Part shown: positions 28,090 to 37,204 of the stretch, one piece after another
Layout: every line of letters begins with the position of its first letter
Position numbering within the stretch: position 1 is the first letter of the stretch
From: an uncultured Candidatus Sumerlaeota bacterium
GTDB taxonomy: Bacteria > CAYMEV01
Length of the DNA stretch: 64,000 bases
Direction of reading: 5' to 3'
Assembly: GCA_964389675.1 (NCBI GenBank)
Contig: CAYMEV010000015.1
Span: 1 to 64,000, forward strand
Notes under the pieces: generated by a model
Seen by the model: the letters and a program-made list of their open reading frames with translations, nothing else
Told to the model about the DNA's origin: nothing
Databases searched by the model: none
Made by a program: the position numbers and the translations under genes

Positions 28090-29268
28090 CTATTCCTTGT
28101 TATACAGCGGGCTTAATCTTCGCAGGTTCTCCACAATGCCCTTAAGTGACTCAAATGTATAATCTATATCCACTTTTTTCAGGTATTTGCTTGTAGAGAA
28201 CCTTACGGAACTATGGGCTCTCTGATGGCTGAATCCCATCGCCATAAGGATATGGCTTGCCTGAAGGTTCCTGGAGAAACAGGCAGATCCTGTAATAGCA
28301 GATATGCCTAACAGGTCGAGATGAAGGACAATAGATTCTCCTTCGATAAACCCAAATGAAATATTCAGGTTATTCGGCAATCTTCTCCTGAAATCATCAG
28401 AGCCATTAAGATTCACGTTTTCAATCCCGGATATAATTCTTTCATATAGATAATCACGTATTGATTCTGCAATTTCTATATCACCTCTGCTCAGTATTTC
28501 CACAGCTTTCCCAAAACCTGCAATACCCGGGACATTCTCAGTCCCTGCCCTGAGATTGTTTTCACTAAAGCCTCCATGGAGGATCTTTTTAATCTGAATG
28601 CCTTTCTTTAAAAAAAGTGCACCAACCCCCTTTGGGCCGTAAATTTTATGTGCAGTCATACTCAGCAGGTCTATTCCCGATTTTTTGACATCAATAGGTA
28701 CCTGCCCGAAGGAAACTGATGCATCTGTATGAAAATACGATCCTGCATTATGTGCAATTCCTGATATTGCTGATAAGTCCTGTATTGTACCCATCTCGTG
28801 ATTTCCATGGATTATGCTTACAAGCAGGGTATTGTCATCTACAATAGTCCCAAGATGCTCCATATCTACAAAGCCCTGCTCGTCGACTCTGCAGAATTCC
28901 AGCTCAAATCCGTTTTCCCGGAGCATCTGTGCTGTGTGCATTACAGAAAAATGCTCTATGGGCGATATTACTAGCTTCTTCCGTTTGCCATCTTTATTCA
29001 GCTGGAAAAGGCCCTGCAATGCAAGATTATTTGATTCAGTACCCCCCGATGTAAATACAATCTCCCCAGGTTCTGCATTAATCATCCCGGCAACCTGCTG
29101 GCGTGCAACCTCAACTGCATCTCTTGCCCTGATTCCCATACTGTGCGAGAACTGCGAGGATGCAATGGCATAATTATCTTCAAAGAAGCCCCTTATAAAA
29201 TCTGCAGTCCTTTCATCAACCTTTGTGGTAGCATTATTGTCAAGGTATACATTCCGCTTCTCAGCCAT
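28090..29268 (-). CDS. iscS: Cysteine desulfurase (IscS/NifS type)
   Basis: YLDNNATT, FTSGGTESNN, TAHKIYGPKG (PLP Lys), RAGTEN, GSAC (catalytic Cys). Confidence 0.93.
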   Translation of the reverse strand: MAEKRNVYLDNNATTKVDERTADFIRGFFEDNYAIASSQFSHSMGIRARDAVEVARQQVAGMINAEPGEIVFTSGGTESNNLALQGLFQLNKDGKRKKLVISPIEHFSVMHTAQMLRENGFELEFCRVDEQGFVDMEHLGTIVDDNTLLVSIIHGNHEMGTIQDLSAISGIAHNAGSYFHTDASVSFGQVPIDVKKSGIDLLSMTAHKIYGPKGVGALFLKKGIQIKKILHGGFSENNLRAGTENVPGIAGFGKAVEILSRGDIEIAESIRDYLYERIISGIENVNLNGSDDFRRRLPNNLNISFGFIEGESIVLHLDLLGISAITGSACFSRNLQASHILMAMGFSHQRAHSSVRFSTSKYLKKVDIDYTFESLKGIVENLRRLSPLYNKE

Positions 29269-29306
29269 ATTTAAGACCCCTGATATTTTGATTTTACCAT
29301 TAATAT

Positions 29307-29735
29307 CTATAAATTCAAATATTTAATATGCTCTTTATATATACATTTATCCATGACAAAAAGGATATTTTCCCTTTCTGAAAGCCTTTTCATGCCTTCA
29401 CTTAGAACACCCTCAGGAAGCCAGACTGCTTTGGGTTTCACACTGATAACATCCTCTGTGAACTGCATGATTTTGCTGCTGTTTAAAAAAAGCAGTACCA
29501 TATCGATCTTATCAGGAATTTTGGAAAGGCTGTCATAGGTTTTTTGTCCCAGTATCTCGCCGGAATATTCTGGATAAACAGGATAAAGCCTGTAACCCTT
29601 CTTAATAAGGTACCTTCCGATCCTGTTTGAAGTTTTCTCCTTTTTAGGAGATAATCCCACAAATGCGATCGTTTTGACCAAATCAAAGATTTTTTTAATG
29701 GTTTCCTGTTCCTGGTGCAAATTAATATCCTCCAT
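29307..29735 (-). CDS. CoA-binding protein (YccU-like)
   Basis: TIAFVGLSPK, GYRLYPV, EILG, AVWLPEG and VMDKCI motifs. Confidence 0.8.
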   Translation of the reverse strand: MEDINLHQEQETIKKIFDLVKTIAFVGLSPKKEKTSNRIGRYLIKKGYRLYPVYPEYSGEILGQKTYDSLSKIPDKIDMVLLFLNSSKIMQFTEDVISVKPKAVWLPEGVLSEGMKRLSERENILFVMDKCIYKEHIKYLNL

Positions 29736-29762
29736 TATATTTTCATAAGCTAGACCTATTTA

Positions 29763-32236
29763 TTATAATACTTTGGATGCTTTTTCAACTAAATTTAATT
29801 CTTCAGCATTAGTACTGAAACTTGGTTTATACCTTTTAAGCAGAAGGGACAGGCTGACAACGGTAAATGAGCTCATTGCCATTGCAAAACCTGCGTATTC
29901 AGGCCGGAAAATTGTATTGGTAAAGGGATAAAGCAGTCCGAAAGCAACCGGAATCAGGAGCATATTATATAAAAAGGCCCAGAATATATTTTTTCTTATC
30001 CTGTCCATTATCTTCCTGCTAAGCTCAAACACAACCGGAACATAAAGCAGATTATTCTTTGCAAGGACTATATCGCCTGTTTCAATAGCAATATCTGTCC
30101 CGTTTCCAACGGCTATACCCAGGTCCGCCACTGCCAAAGCAGGTGCGTCATTTATCCCGTCACCAATAAATGCAACCTTATGGCCTTTTCTCTGCAGATC
30201 TTTTAAAAATTCCGCCTTCTGGCCCGGAAGCATATCAGAAACAAAGCTTTTAATCCCGGCTTTCCTGCATATTGCCTCTGCTGTGGCTTTATTATCGCCT
30301 GTAAGCATGTGAATACTTATTTTATTGCCTGATAATATTTTTACTGCCGGCCCGGCTGTTTTTCTCAATCTATCACTCACAGTCAGTATTCCTGCAGGTT
30401 TGCCTTCAACAGACGCCAGTATAATGGTATTTGAATCCCCTTCAATATCATCTATGCTTTTTGATATATCTTCAGGGATTTTGCCGGTCATTTTCTCTAT
30501 ATATTCTCTTTTTCCTATATATATCTCTTTGCCGTCAACCAGCCCATAGACACCCATTCCATCTACCGTTTCGAACCTTGAAGGGACTTCTCCCTTGATG
30601 CCGTATTCCCCTGCCTTTTCCACAATAGCATCAGCGATTGGGTGCTGAGATTCTCCCTCAACGCTTGCAAGATAAAATAAAAGTTCCTTGATCCCGATGC
30701 TGAAGTTAATAATGTTTCTGACAACAGGCTTTCCGACAGTTATTGTCCCTGTCTTATCAAATACAGCAGTATCAATCTTCTCTGCAATCTCAAGTGCATT
30801 GCCATTCTTAATAAGGATGCCGAGCTCTGCTCCCTTTCCGATACCGACTGTTACTGCTGTTGGGGTTGCAAGTCCAAGGGCGCATGGACAGGCCACCACC
30901 AGTATTGCAATCATTGAGTTTATTGCCAGCAAGAGGTTATTCCCGGATACCGGACTGTCAGGAACAATGAAATACCATACCAGAAATGCACTGACAGCAA
31001 TAGCAAGGATTACTGGAATAAAATAGGAAACTACTGTATCGGCAAGCTTTTGTATAGGCGGCTTTGAGCCCTGTGCCTCCTCAACAAGCCTTATTATCTG
31101 GTTGAGCATAGTCTCTTTGCCAACTTTCTTTGCGGAAAACCTTATTGTACTGCTGATATTAATGGAGCCGCTTATTACAGAATCTCCCTTGCTTTTTTTT
31201 ACTGGATTTGACTCACCTGTTATAGTTGATTCGTCAGCATATGAAACCCCGCTGATAACCTCGCCGTCCACCGGAATCCTGTCTCCTGGCTTTATTATGA
31301 CAATATCATCTACCATGATTTCGTCAATTGGGACATAGACAGATCCATTCTCTCTTTGGACAAGAGCATTCTTAGGCACCAGGCCTATAAGCTTCCTCAG
31401 TGCCTGGGATGTTTTCCCCTTTGCTTTTTCTTCAAGGTACCTTCCAAGTGATAAAAATGCAGCCAGCATGATAACTGTATCATAGAATATGAAATCATCC
31501 GGTGGCAGCACACCAAATGTAGCCAGAAGGCTTGATAATAATGCAACAGAGATCCCGAGAGAATACATTACATCCATATTAAGGGACCTGCTCCTCAATG
31601 AAATGAATGCTGCCTTTATAATAGGAAAACCAACCAGAAAGAATGCAGGCATAGTAATAGCAAGCATTATATAATAGATATGATTATGGAACAGATGCAC
31701 CCGGTTTAATTGATGCACTAAGATGAGGGCAATGCTGGCTATAAACCCAATAACCGTCGAATTAAGGAGTTTTTTTTTACTTTTTCCCGCCCTTCTGAAG
31801 CTTCATCATAGTCAAATACCCCGTTAAATCTATATCCCAGATTTTCAATGGTTTGTCTTATGATTTCCCTGGTTACCCTTGTATCGTCATAGTCAATATC
31901 TGCCTTCTGAAGTGAAAGGTCGATTGACACATTGTAAATTCCATCCAGTTTCATCAGGGAATCATTGATCTTCTCTGCACAGCTCACGCAGTTCATATTC
32001 CCTATCCCGACAGAAATATGGCTGAATTCCAGGTCATAACCTGTATTCCTGACAGCATCATATACAGAGCCTGGACTGAAACTGCTGTCAATCTTTATAA
32101 TTGCTGTACTGTTTGCAAGATTAACATCCGCCTGCAGAACACCTCTGGTCTTTTTCAGGGCTTTCTCCACATTCAGGGCACATGAAGCACAATGCATGCC
32201 TTTTATTTTATATTTAATTGTCTCCTGCTTATCCAT
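29763..32236 (-). CDS. copA: Cu(I)-exporting P1B-type ATPase, interrupted by a -1 frameshift at the A9 run 31770-31778
   Basis: Upstream ORF has two HMA domains (GMHCASC, NMNCVSC). Downstream ORF has TGES, CPC, DKTGT, HP, GDGINDAP, YN and MAMSS. The downstream frame is open back through the A9 run and supplies TM1 (KLLNSTVIGFIASIALILV). Confidence 0.9.
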
Positions 32237-32255
32237 TCTTTTTCCCACCTGTAAA

Positions 32256-32816
32256 TTATTCTGCTTTAAGCCTGCCTGTTGATAATATTTCTTCTGCAGG
32301 CAGCCTGTCCGGTCTTTTCAGTTCCGTTTCCCTGTTTTTTTCAGATAAATTCCCCAATTCATCTATCTCATGCCTGCCTACTATTACAAGAGCAATGACT
32401 GTCTCCTTTTCAGGGATCTGCAGTATTTTCTTTACTCTTGATTCGTCATAACCGGCAATAGGATGAGCAACAAGCCCCAGCTCAGTCGCCTGCAAAATCA
32501 GAAAGCCGGCAGAAATCCCGGAATCAAACAGATAATAATCCCTGCCCTTGATCCTGCAATCCATGTCAATATTTGAATAAACTGCTATAATCATAGATGA
32601 ATTAAAAACCCACTCATTTCCTTTTGACATAGCGCTATAAAGCTCCTTTAGAAGGTCCTTTTCATATGCGAAAACGTACCTCCATGGCTGCTTGTTAAAA
32701 CAGCTTGGTGCAAGCTGTGCAGCCCTTATAAGCTTCTGGATGATCCTGTCGCTTATCTCAATACCTTTAATGGCCCTGTAGGCCCGCCTTTTTTCAATGG
32801 CTTCCTTAACATCCAT
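32256..32816 (-). CDS. Nitroreductase family protein
   Basis: AIEKRRAYR, AAQLAPSCFNKQPWR and LQATELGLVAHPIAG motifs. Confidence 0.9.
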   Translation of the reverse strand: MDVKEAIEKRRAYRAIKGIEISDRIIQKLIRAAQLAPSCFNKQPWRYVFAYEKDLLKELYSAMSKGNEWVFNSSMIIAVYSNIDMDCRIKGRDYYLFDSGISAGFLILQATELGLVAHPIAGYDESRVKKILQIPEKETVIALVIVGRHEIDELGNLSEKNRETELKRPDRLPAEEILSTGRLKAE

Positions 32817-32899
32817 CCTTTCTCCCCCTTAAGATTTATTCCTTTTTGCTCTGCTTACCATATTAATATATACCAAAAGGATCATGAAATTGTTTAATG

Positions 32900-32924
32900 A
32901 GAGCTCCCTTATTTAGAGAGCTCT
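32900..32924 (-). terminator. Possible hairpin downstream of rubredoxin
   Basis: AGAGCTC...GAGCTCT inverted repeat 15 nt past the rubredoxin stop; no strong U-tract. Confidence 0.35.
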
Positions 32925-32938
32925 TCTAATTCCTTTTC

Positions 32939-33097
32939 TTAAACAGGTTCAAACTGATCCTTGCCTGCACCGCATACCGGACAGACCCAATCATCAGGCA
33001 GGTCTTCAAATGATGTGCCGGCAGGTATGCCGGATTCTTTGTCCCCTGCTTCAGGATCATAGATATAGCCGCAAAGCATGCATTCATACTTTTTCAT
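32939..33097 (-). CDS. rub: Rubredoxin (52 aa; absent from the ORF track)
   Basis: My translation: [61 protein letters not shown] upstream. Confidence 0.96.
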   Translation of the reverse strand: MKKYECMLCGYIYDPEAGDKESGIPAGTSFEDLPDDWVCPVCGAGKDQFEPV

Positions 33098-33187
33098 ATT
33101 TCCCTCCTTTTTCTGTTTCTATCAGTATATATACGCAAAAAACAAATAAATGATAAAAATAATTAATACCCTGCTGTGATTCTCCGC

Positions 33188-34336
33188 TCAGACCACAATC
33201 CTCGGAAGGGAGCTGTTTAACAATGTGACTATCTCATAATTAATGCTGTTTGCAAAACCTGCCAGGCTTTCTACACTGATGGATTTTCCTTCTTCAAAGC
33301 CTATCAATGTAACCGTATCATACGGACGAATATCGGGGATATCGGTAATATCGATCATGCATAAGTTCATGCAGACTCTTCCTATCACCTTTGCAAACCT
33401 GTTATTCACAATCACGGAAGCCCTGTTGCCAAAAGCTCTCAGATACCCGTCTGCATACCCCACTGGCAGAACACCTATTCTTGTCCTCCTTGTTGTAATA
33501 TAGCTGCATCCGTATCCCACAGGAGAATTCTCACCAATATCCTTTATCTGTACTATTTTTGTTTTAAGCGATAAGACAGGCTTAAGACTATCATCCCCAT
33601 CATGCCTTTCCCTGTATGAAATAAGTGTTTCCCTGCTTGGCCAGAGCCCATAAAGCCCTATACCTGAACGAACCATTGTAAACTGTGTTGAATCGAAAAG
33701 TAATGCAGCTGCTGTACAGGCACTGTGGATATAGTCAGGAGTAAAACCGCGGAATTTAACCCTGTTAACAGCTGATTCAAAAATGTACAGCTGCCTGTAA
33801 GCAAAACTGTGGTCAAGAGTGTCTTCAATATTGGCAAAATGCATGGATAAGCCGGACAACTCAATATTATGGCTTTTTTTTATCAGATCAAGGAAATTTT
33901 CAAGATCCTCTGGCATAATTCCCTGTCTGGATGTACCGGTATCAATTTTTAAATGAATCACTGCTTTGGTATTCATTCTTTTTGCTGTATTATCAAGGGC
34001 AGTTATTGTATTTCTGTCATAAACCGTTAAATGCAGCCTGTTGAGCAGGGCATATTCCATGTCTCCCGGCAATACCGGCCCCAGAAGCAATATTGGGATC
34101 ATGTCCAGCCCACTTTCAATAAGCTCTTTCGCTTCCCTGATTTCATGAACAGCAAAAAGGTCTGAATATTCGGCAATAATTCCTGCTGTTTCAATGAGGC
34201 CATGTCCATACGCATTGGACTTCACAACAGAACAGAACCTGACTCCCTCTTTCAGATGGCTCTTCAGGAAAAGGATATTGTGAATCAGGTTATCTTTTGA
34301 CAGCTCTATCCATTTATGGTATTGATTATTTAACAT
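33188..34336 (-). CDS. alr: Alanine racemase
   Basis: VVKSNAYGHG (PLP Lys), HLKIDTG, HFA, GIGLYG, VGYADGY, GRVCMN, INYE. Start reassigned to ATG 34336. Confidence 0.93.
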   Translation of the reverse strand: MLNNQYHKWIELSKDNLIHNILFLKSHLKEGVRFCSVVKSNAYGHGLIETAGIIAEYSDLFAVHEIREAKELIESGLDMIPILLLGPVLPGDMEYALLNRLHLTVYDRNTITALDNTAKRMNTKAVIHLKIDTGTSRQGIMPEDLENFLDLIKKSHNIELSGLSMHFANIEDTLDHSFAYRQLYIFESAVNRVKFRGFTPDYIHSACTAAALLFDSTQFTMVRSGIGLYGLWPSRETLISYRERHDGDDSLKPVLSLKTKIVQIKDIGENSPVGYGCSYITTRRTRIGVLPVGYADGYLRAFGNRASVIVNNRFAKVIGRVCMNLCMIDITDIPDIRPYDTVTLIGFEEGKSISVESLAGFANSINYEIVTLLNSSLPRIVV

Positions 34337-34413
34337 CTGGTTGGCTAATGATTTTACACTTATATTATAAATCAAATCAAGAAAAATAAGACTTCGTTTC
34401 CCTAAGGCGCTAT

Positions 34414-35448
34414 ATGATCTCAGATACAACCTTTGGCAGTATATTACGATCCACAGCCAAAAATTGTGGATTTGACCTTGCAGGTGTAACAAAACCCTTT
34501 GTTTCTGCATATGTGGATAAGCTTCGCGAATATGTGTCATCCGGAAAATATGAGGATATGATGTGGCTTGCTGATACTATGGAGAAAAGAATAGATATCA
34601 GAAAATCCTTCAGTGGTACGAGATCAATAATAAGCCTGGGGGCCTGTTACAGGAAGGGGAAAAGGCTCTGTGACAACAGGGCTTTTGCCTATATAAGCTG
34701 CTATGCAAGGATAAATGATTATCACAGGGTATTAAAAGATTCTGCAAAAAAATTCATAAAAATAATATCAGAGATTATGGACAGGGATATCAAATATCGC
34801 ATATTTGTTGATTCAGCACCCATACTTGAAAAGGAGATCGCCCAGAAAGCCGGATTAGGCTTTATCGGGAAGAACACTCTCCTTATCAATCCGTATTTAG
34901 GTTCCTTTATATTTCTTGCTGAAATATTAACTGATATTGATATTGAGTATGAAAACGAATATGTTCCTGCAAACTGCGGAGACTGCACCAGATGCATTGA
35001 GGCATGCCCTACAGGAGCGCTTAGTGAGCACAGGCTTGATCCTTCAAGATGTATTTCTTATCTTACAATTGAAAATAAGAAGATTATCCCTGATAATATA
35101 AAGAAAAAAATGGGAAATATGATATTCGGGTGTGATTTATGCCAGACCGTGTGCCCGTACAATAAAAGAGAGGAGTATCCTGGCAGTCTATTTAAGGCAG
35201 GCCATTTACACCAGGTTGACAGGGATAAACTGCAGGAGCTCCTGATGATGGATGAATCACATTTTTACAAAAGGTTCAGTGATTATCCTATATACAGGGC
35301 CGGCTTTCATGGATTTAGAAGGAACCTTTTAATATGCATGGGAAACTCAGGGATTTCAGCTTTAAAGCCCCTTATCCAGCCGTTTTTAAGCGACCAGAAT
35401 TATGTAATAAAGGATGCTGCAGCTTACGCACTGAACGAGCTGGGCTGA
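34414..35448 (+). CDS. queG: Epoxyqueuosine reductase
   Basis: ISCYARINDYH, FVDSAPILEK, AGLGFIGKN, CGDCTRCIEACPTGA, CISYLTIE, FGCDLCQTVCPYN. Confidence 0.93.
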   Translation: MISDTTFGSILRSTAKNCGFDLAGVTKPFVSAYVDKLREYVSSGKYEDMMWLADTMEKRIDIRKSFSGTRSIISLGACYRKGKRLCDNRAFAYISCYARINDYHRVLKDSAKKFIKIISEIMDRDIKYRIFVDSAPILEKEIAQKAGLGFIGKNTLLINPYLGSFIFLAEILTDIDIEYENEYVPANCGDCTRCIEACPTGALSEHRLDPSRCISYLTIENKKIIPDNIKKKMGNMIFGCDLCQTVCPYNKREEYPGSLFKAGHLHQVDRDKLQELLMMDESHFYKRFSDYPIYRAGFHGFRRNLLICMGNSGISALKPLIQPFLSDQNYVIKDAAAYALNELG

Positions 35449-35472
35449 AAAACATGCCTGGTATATGGAAAA

Positions 35473-35547
35473 CGGGGCCGACGAGGCTCGAACTCGCGAC
35501 CTCCGGCGTGACAGGCCGGCATTCTAACCAAACTGAACTACGACCCC
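35473..35547 (-). tRNA. tRNA-Asp (GTC), CCA not encoded
   Basis: GGGGTCGTAGTTCAGTTTGGTTAGAATGCCGGCCTGTCACGCCGGAGGTCGCGAGTTCGAGCCTCGTCGGCCCCG folds as a cloverleaf. Confidence 0.96.
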
Positions 35548-35549
35548 GA

Positions 35550-35623
35550 TGGGCGGTATAGGGCTCGAACCTACGACCCTCGGCTTGTAAGGCCGATGCT
35601 CTAGCCAACTGAGCTAACCGCCC
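35550..35623 (-). tRNA. tRNA-Val (TAC), CCA not encoded
   Basis: GGGCGGTTAGCTCAGTTGGCTAGAGCATCGGCCTTACAAGCCGAGGGTCGTAGGTTCGAGCCCTATACCGCCCA folds as a cloverleaf. Confidence 0.96.
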
Positions 35624-35635
35624 GTGTAAAAAGTG

Positions 35636-35663
35636 AGAATATTAATTTTAGCAAATATGTCAA
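35636..35663 (-). promoter_or_regulatory. Sigma70-type promoter for the tRNA-Val/tRNA-Asp pair
   Basis: Minus strand TTGACA-N16-TATTCT, 12 nt upstream of tRNA-Val. Confidence 0.6.
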
Positions 35664-35832
35664 TAAAAATAATTCCTTATTTATTTATTTTCTTTGCATG
35701 AATATTCTGCTAATATTTTACTGCATTTTTAGCCTTATTGATATTATCATGATGAATTATATCATTGAAAATAATAAAAATTGCAATATGATTCACTAAT
35801 TTGAAATAAACAATATAAATGGGAGGTGCATT

Positions 35833-37200
35833 TTGTCTCAGATATCAGAACTAAAATCTTTCTGCAAAAAAGAAAATATAGAAATGATTGATCTAAAAGC
35901 CATTGACCTTAAAGGTAAACTGCATCACATTACCTTTCCTGCAGATGAACTTACTGATAATCTGCTAATTGACGGCATCGGATTTGATGGGTCCAGCTAT
36001 GGTTTTGCAAAGGTTCAGATGTCGGATATGATCCTGATTCCGGACATCATAACTGCTGTGATCGACCCCTTCAGAAAGGTGAATACTCTATCAATATTTG
36101 CCAATATCCATATTACCGATAATGACAGGTCACGATTTCCTCAAGATCCGAGGTTCATTTCAAGAAAAGCTGAAGAATGCCTTAAATCTCTTGGGATTGC
36201 TGATGAAGCTTTGTTTAACTTCGAATTTGAATTTTTTCTTTTTAATGATATCTCAATCTCGACATCAACATTTGATACCCATATCAAGATCGAACCTGGA
36301 GAAAAAATGCATTTTAATGCATACCATATTTCCAATCCTGATGACCTTTACTGCGAATTCAGGGATAAGACGACACAAATGCTGTTATCATACGGAATAC
36401 CGATAAGGTACCATCATCATGAAGTTGGAGGCTTTGGACAGCAGGAAATTGAAACCACGCTTCGGCCTTTACACAAAAGTGCAGAAAATGCGATTCTGGC
36501 AAGATATATTATGCAGAACATAGCCTATGAAAACCAGATCGTAATTACCTTCATGCCTAAACCGCTGTATAATCATCCTGGAAGTGGGCTGCACAGCCAT
36601 ATGATGCTTAAAAAAAACAAAAAGAACATATTCTATAAGAAGGGGGCATATGCAAATCTCAGTCAGACTGCCTTCAATTTTATAGGCGGTGTACTGGCTC
36701 ATTCAAGCAGCTTATGCGCTTTCACAAATCCAAGTACCAACTCGTTCAAACGCCTGGTTCCCGGCTTTGAAGCTCCTGTAACAAAAACATTTGGCAGAAG
36801 CAACAGGTCTTCAGCAATCAGGATACCGGCCTATATAAGTGAGCCTGGACAGGTAAGGTTTGAATACCGGCCCCCTGATTTCACCTGTAATCCCTATCTT
36901 TCTCTGTCTGCAATACTCATGGCGGGTATAGATGGCATAGTCAATAAGATCGACCCCGGGAAGGCCGGATTCGGACCATTTGATACCAACCTCTATGATT
37001 CAGACAGGCATGAAATAAAATTTCTGCCTCAGCATCTTGACCAGGCACTCAAAGAGCTAAAAACTGACCATGCTTACCTTTCAAGAAATGATGTGTTCCC
37101 TGAAAGCTTTATAGATCAGTATATAAAGGTTTTGAAAAAGGATTGCGATGATATAAGCAATTATCCGAATCCTAAGGAATTTGAGCTCTACTTCAGCTGA
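35833..37200 (+). CDS. glnA: Glutamine synthetase type I
   Basis: GIGFDGSS, EFEFF, HHHEV, QQEI, TFMPKP, GSGLHSH, KRLVPGFEAP, NRSSAIRIP, RFEYRPPD, NPYL. TTG start with GGAGGT RBS. Confidence 0.93.
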   Translation: MSQISELKSFCKKENIEMIDLKAIDLKGKLHHITFPADELTDNLLIDGIGFDGSSYGFAKVQMSDMILIPDIITAVIDPFRKVNTLSIFANIHITDNDRSRFPQDPRFISRKAEECLKSLGIADEALFNFEFEFFLFNDISISTSTFDTHIKIEPGEKMHFNAYHISNPDDLYCEFRDKTTQMLLSYGIPIRYHHHEVGGFGQQEIETTLRPLHKSAENAILARYIMQNIAYENQIVITFMPKPLYNHPGSGLHSHMMLKKNKKNIFYKKGAYANLSQTAFNFIGGVLAHSSSLCAFTNPSTNSFKRLVPGFEAPVTKTFGRSNRSSAIRIPAYISEPGQVRFEYRPPDFTCNPYLSLSAILMAGIDGIVNKIDPGKAGFGPFDTNLYDSDRHEIKFLPQHLDQALKELKTDHAYLSRNDVFPESFIDQYIKVLKKDCDDISNYPNPKEFELYFS

Positions 37201-37204
37201 TAAA

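Noticed and set aside
28078-28092. In-frame TAG between iscS and iscU suggesting amber recoding
   Set aside because: The spacer holds a normal AGGAG RBS, both proteins are full length, and TAG ends many complete genes here, so the standard code applies.
34337-34540. N-terminal extension of alanine racemase in the ORF track
   Set aside because: It overlaps the divergent queG start, and Alr similarity begins only near ATG 34336.
34414-35547. queG adjacent to a queuosine-accepting tRNA-Asp(GTC)
   Set aside because: The genes are convergent and one adjacency is not evidence of a functional link.
35334-35608. ORFs 35334-35561 (+) and 35372-35608 (-)
   Set aside because: They overlap tRNA-Asp and tRNA-Val and are translation artefacts of the tRNA genes.
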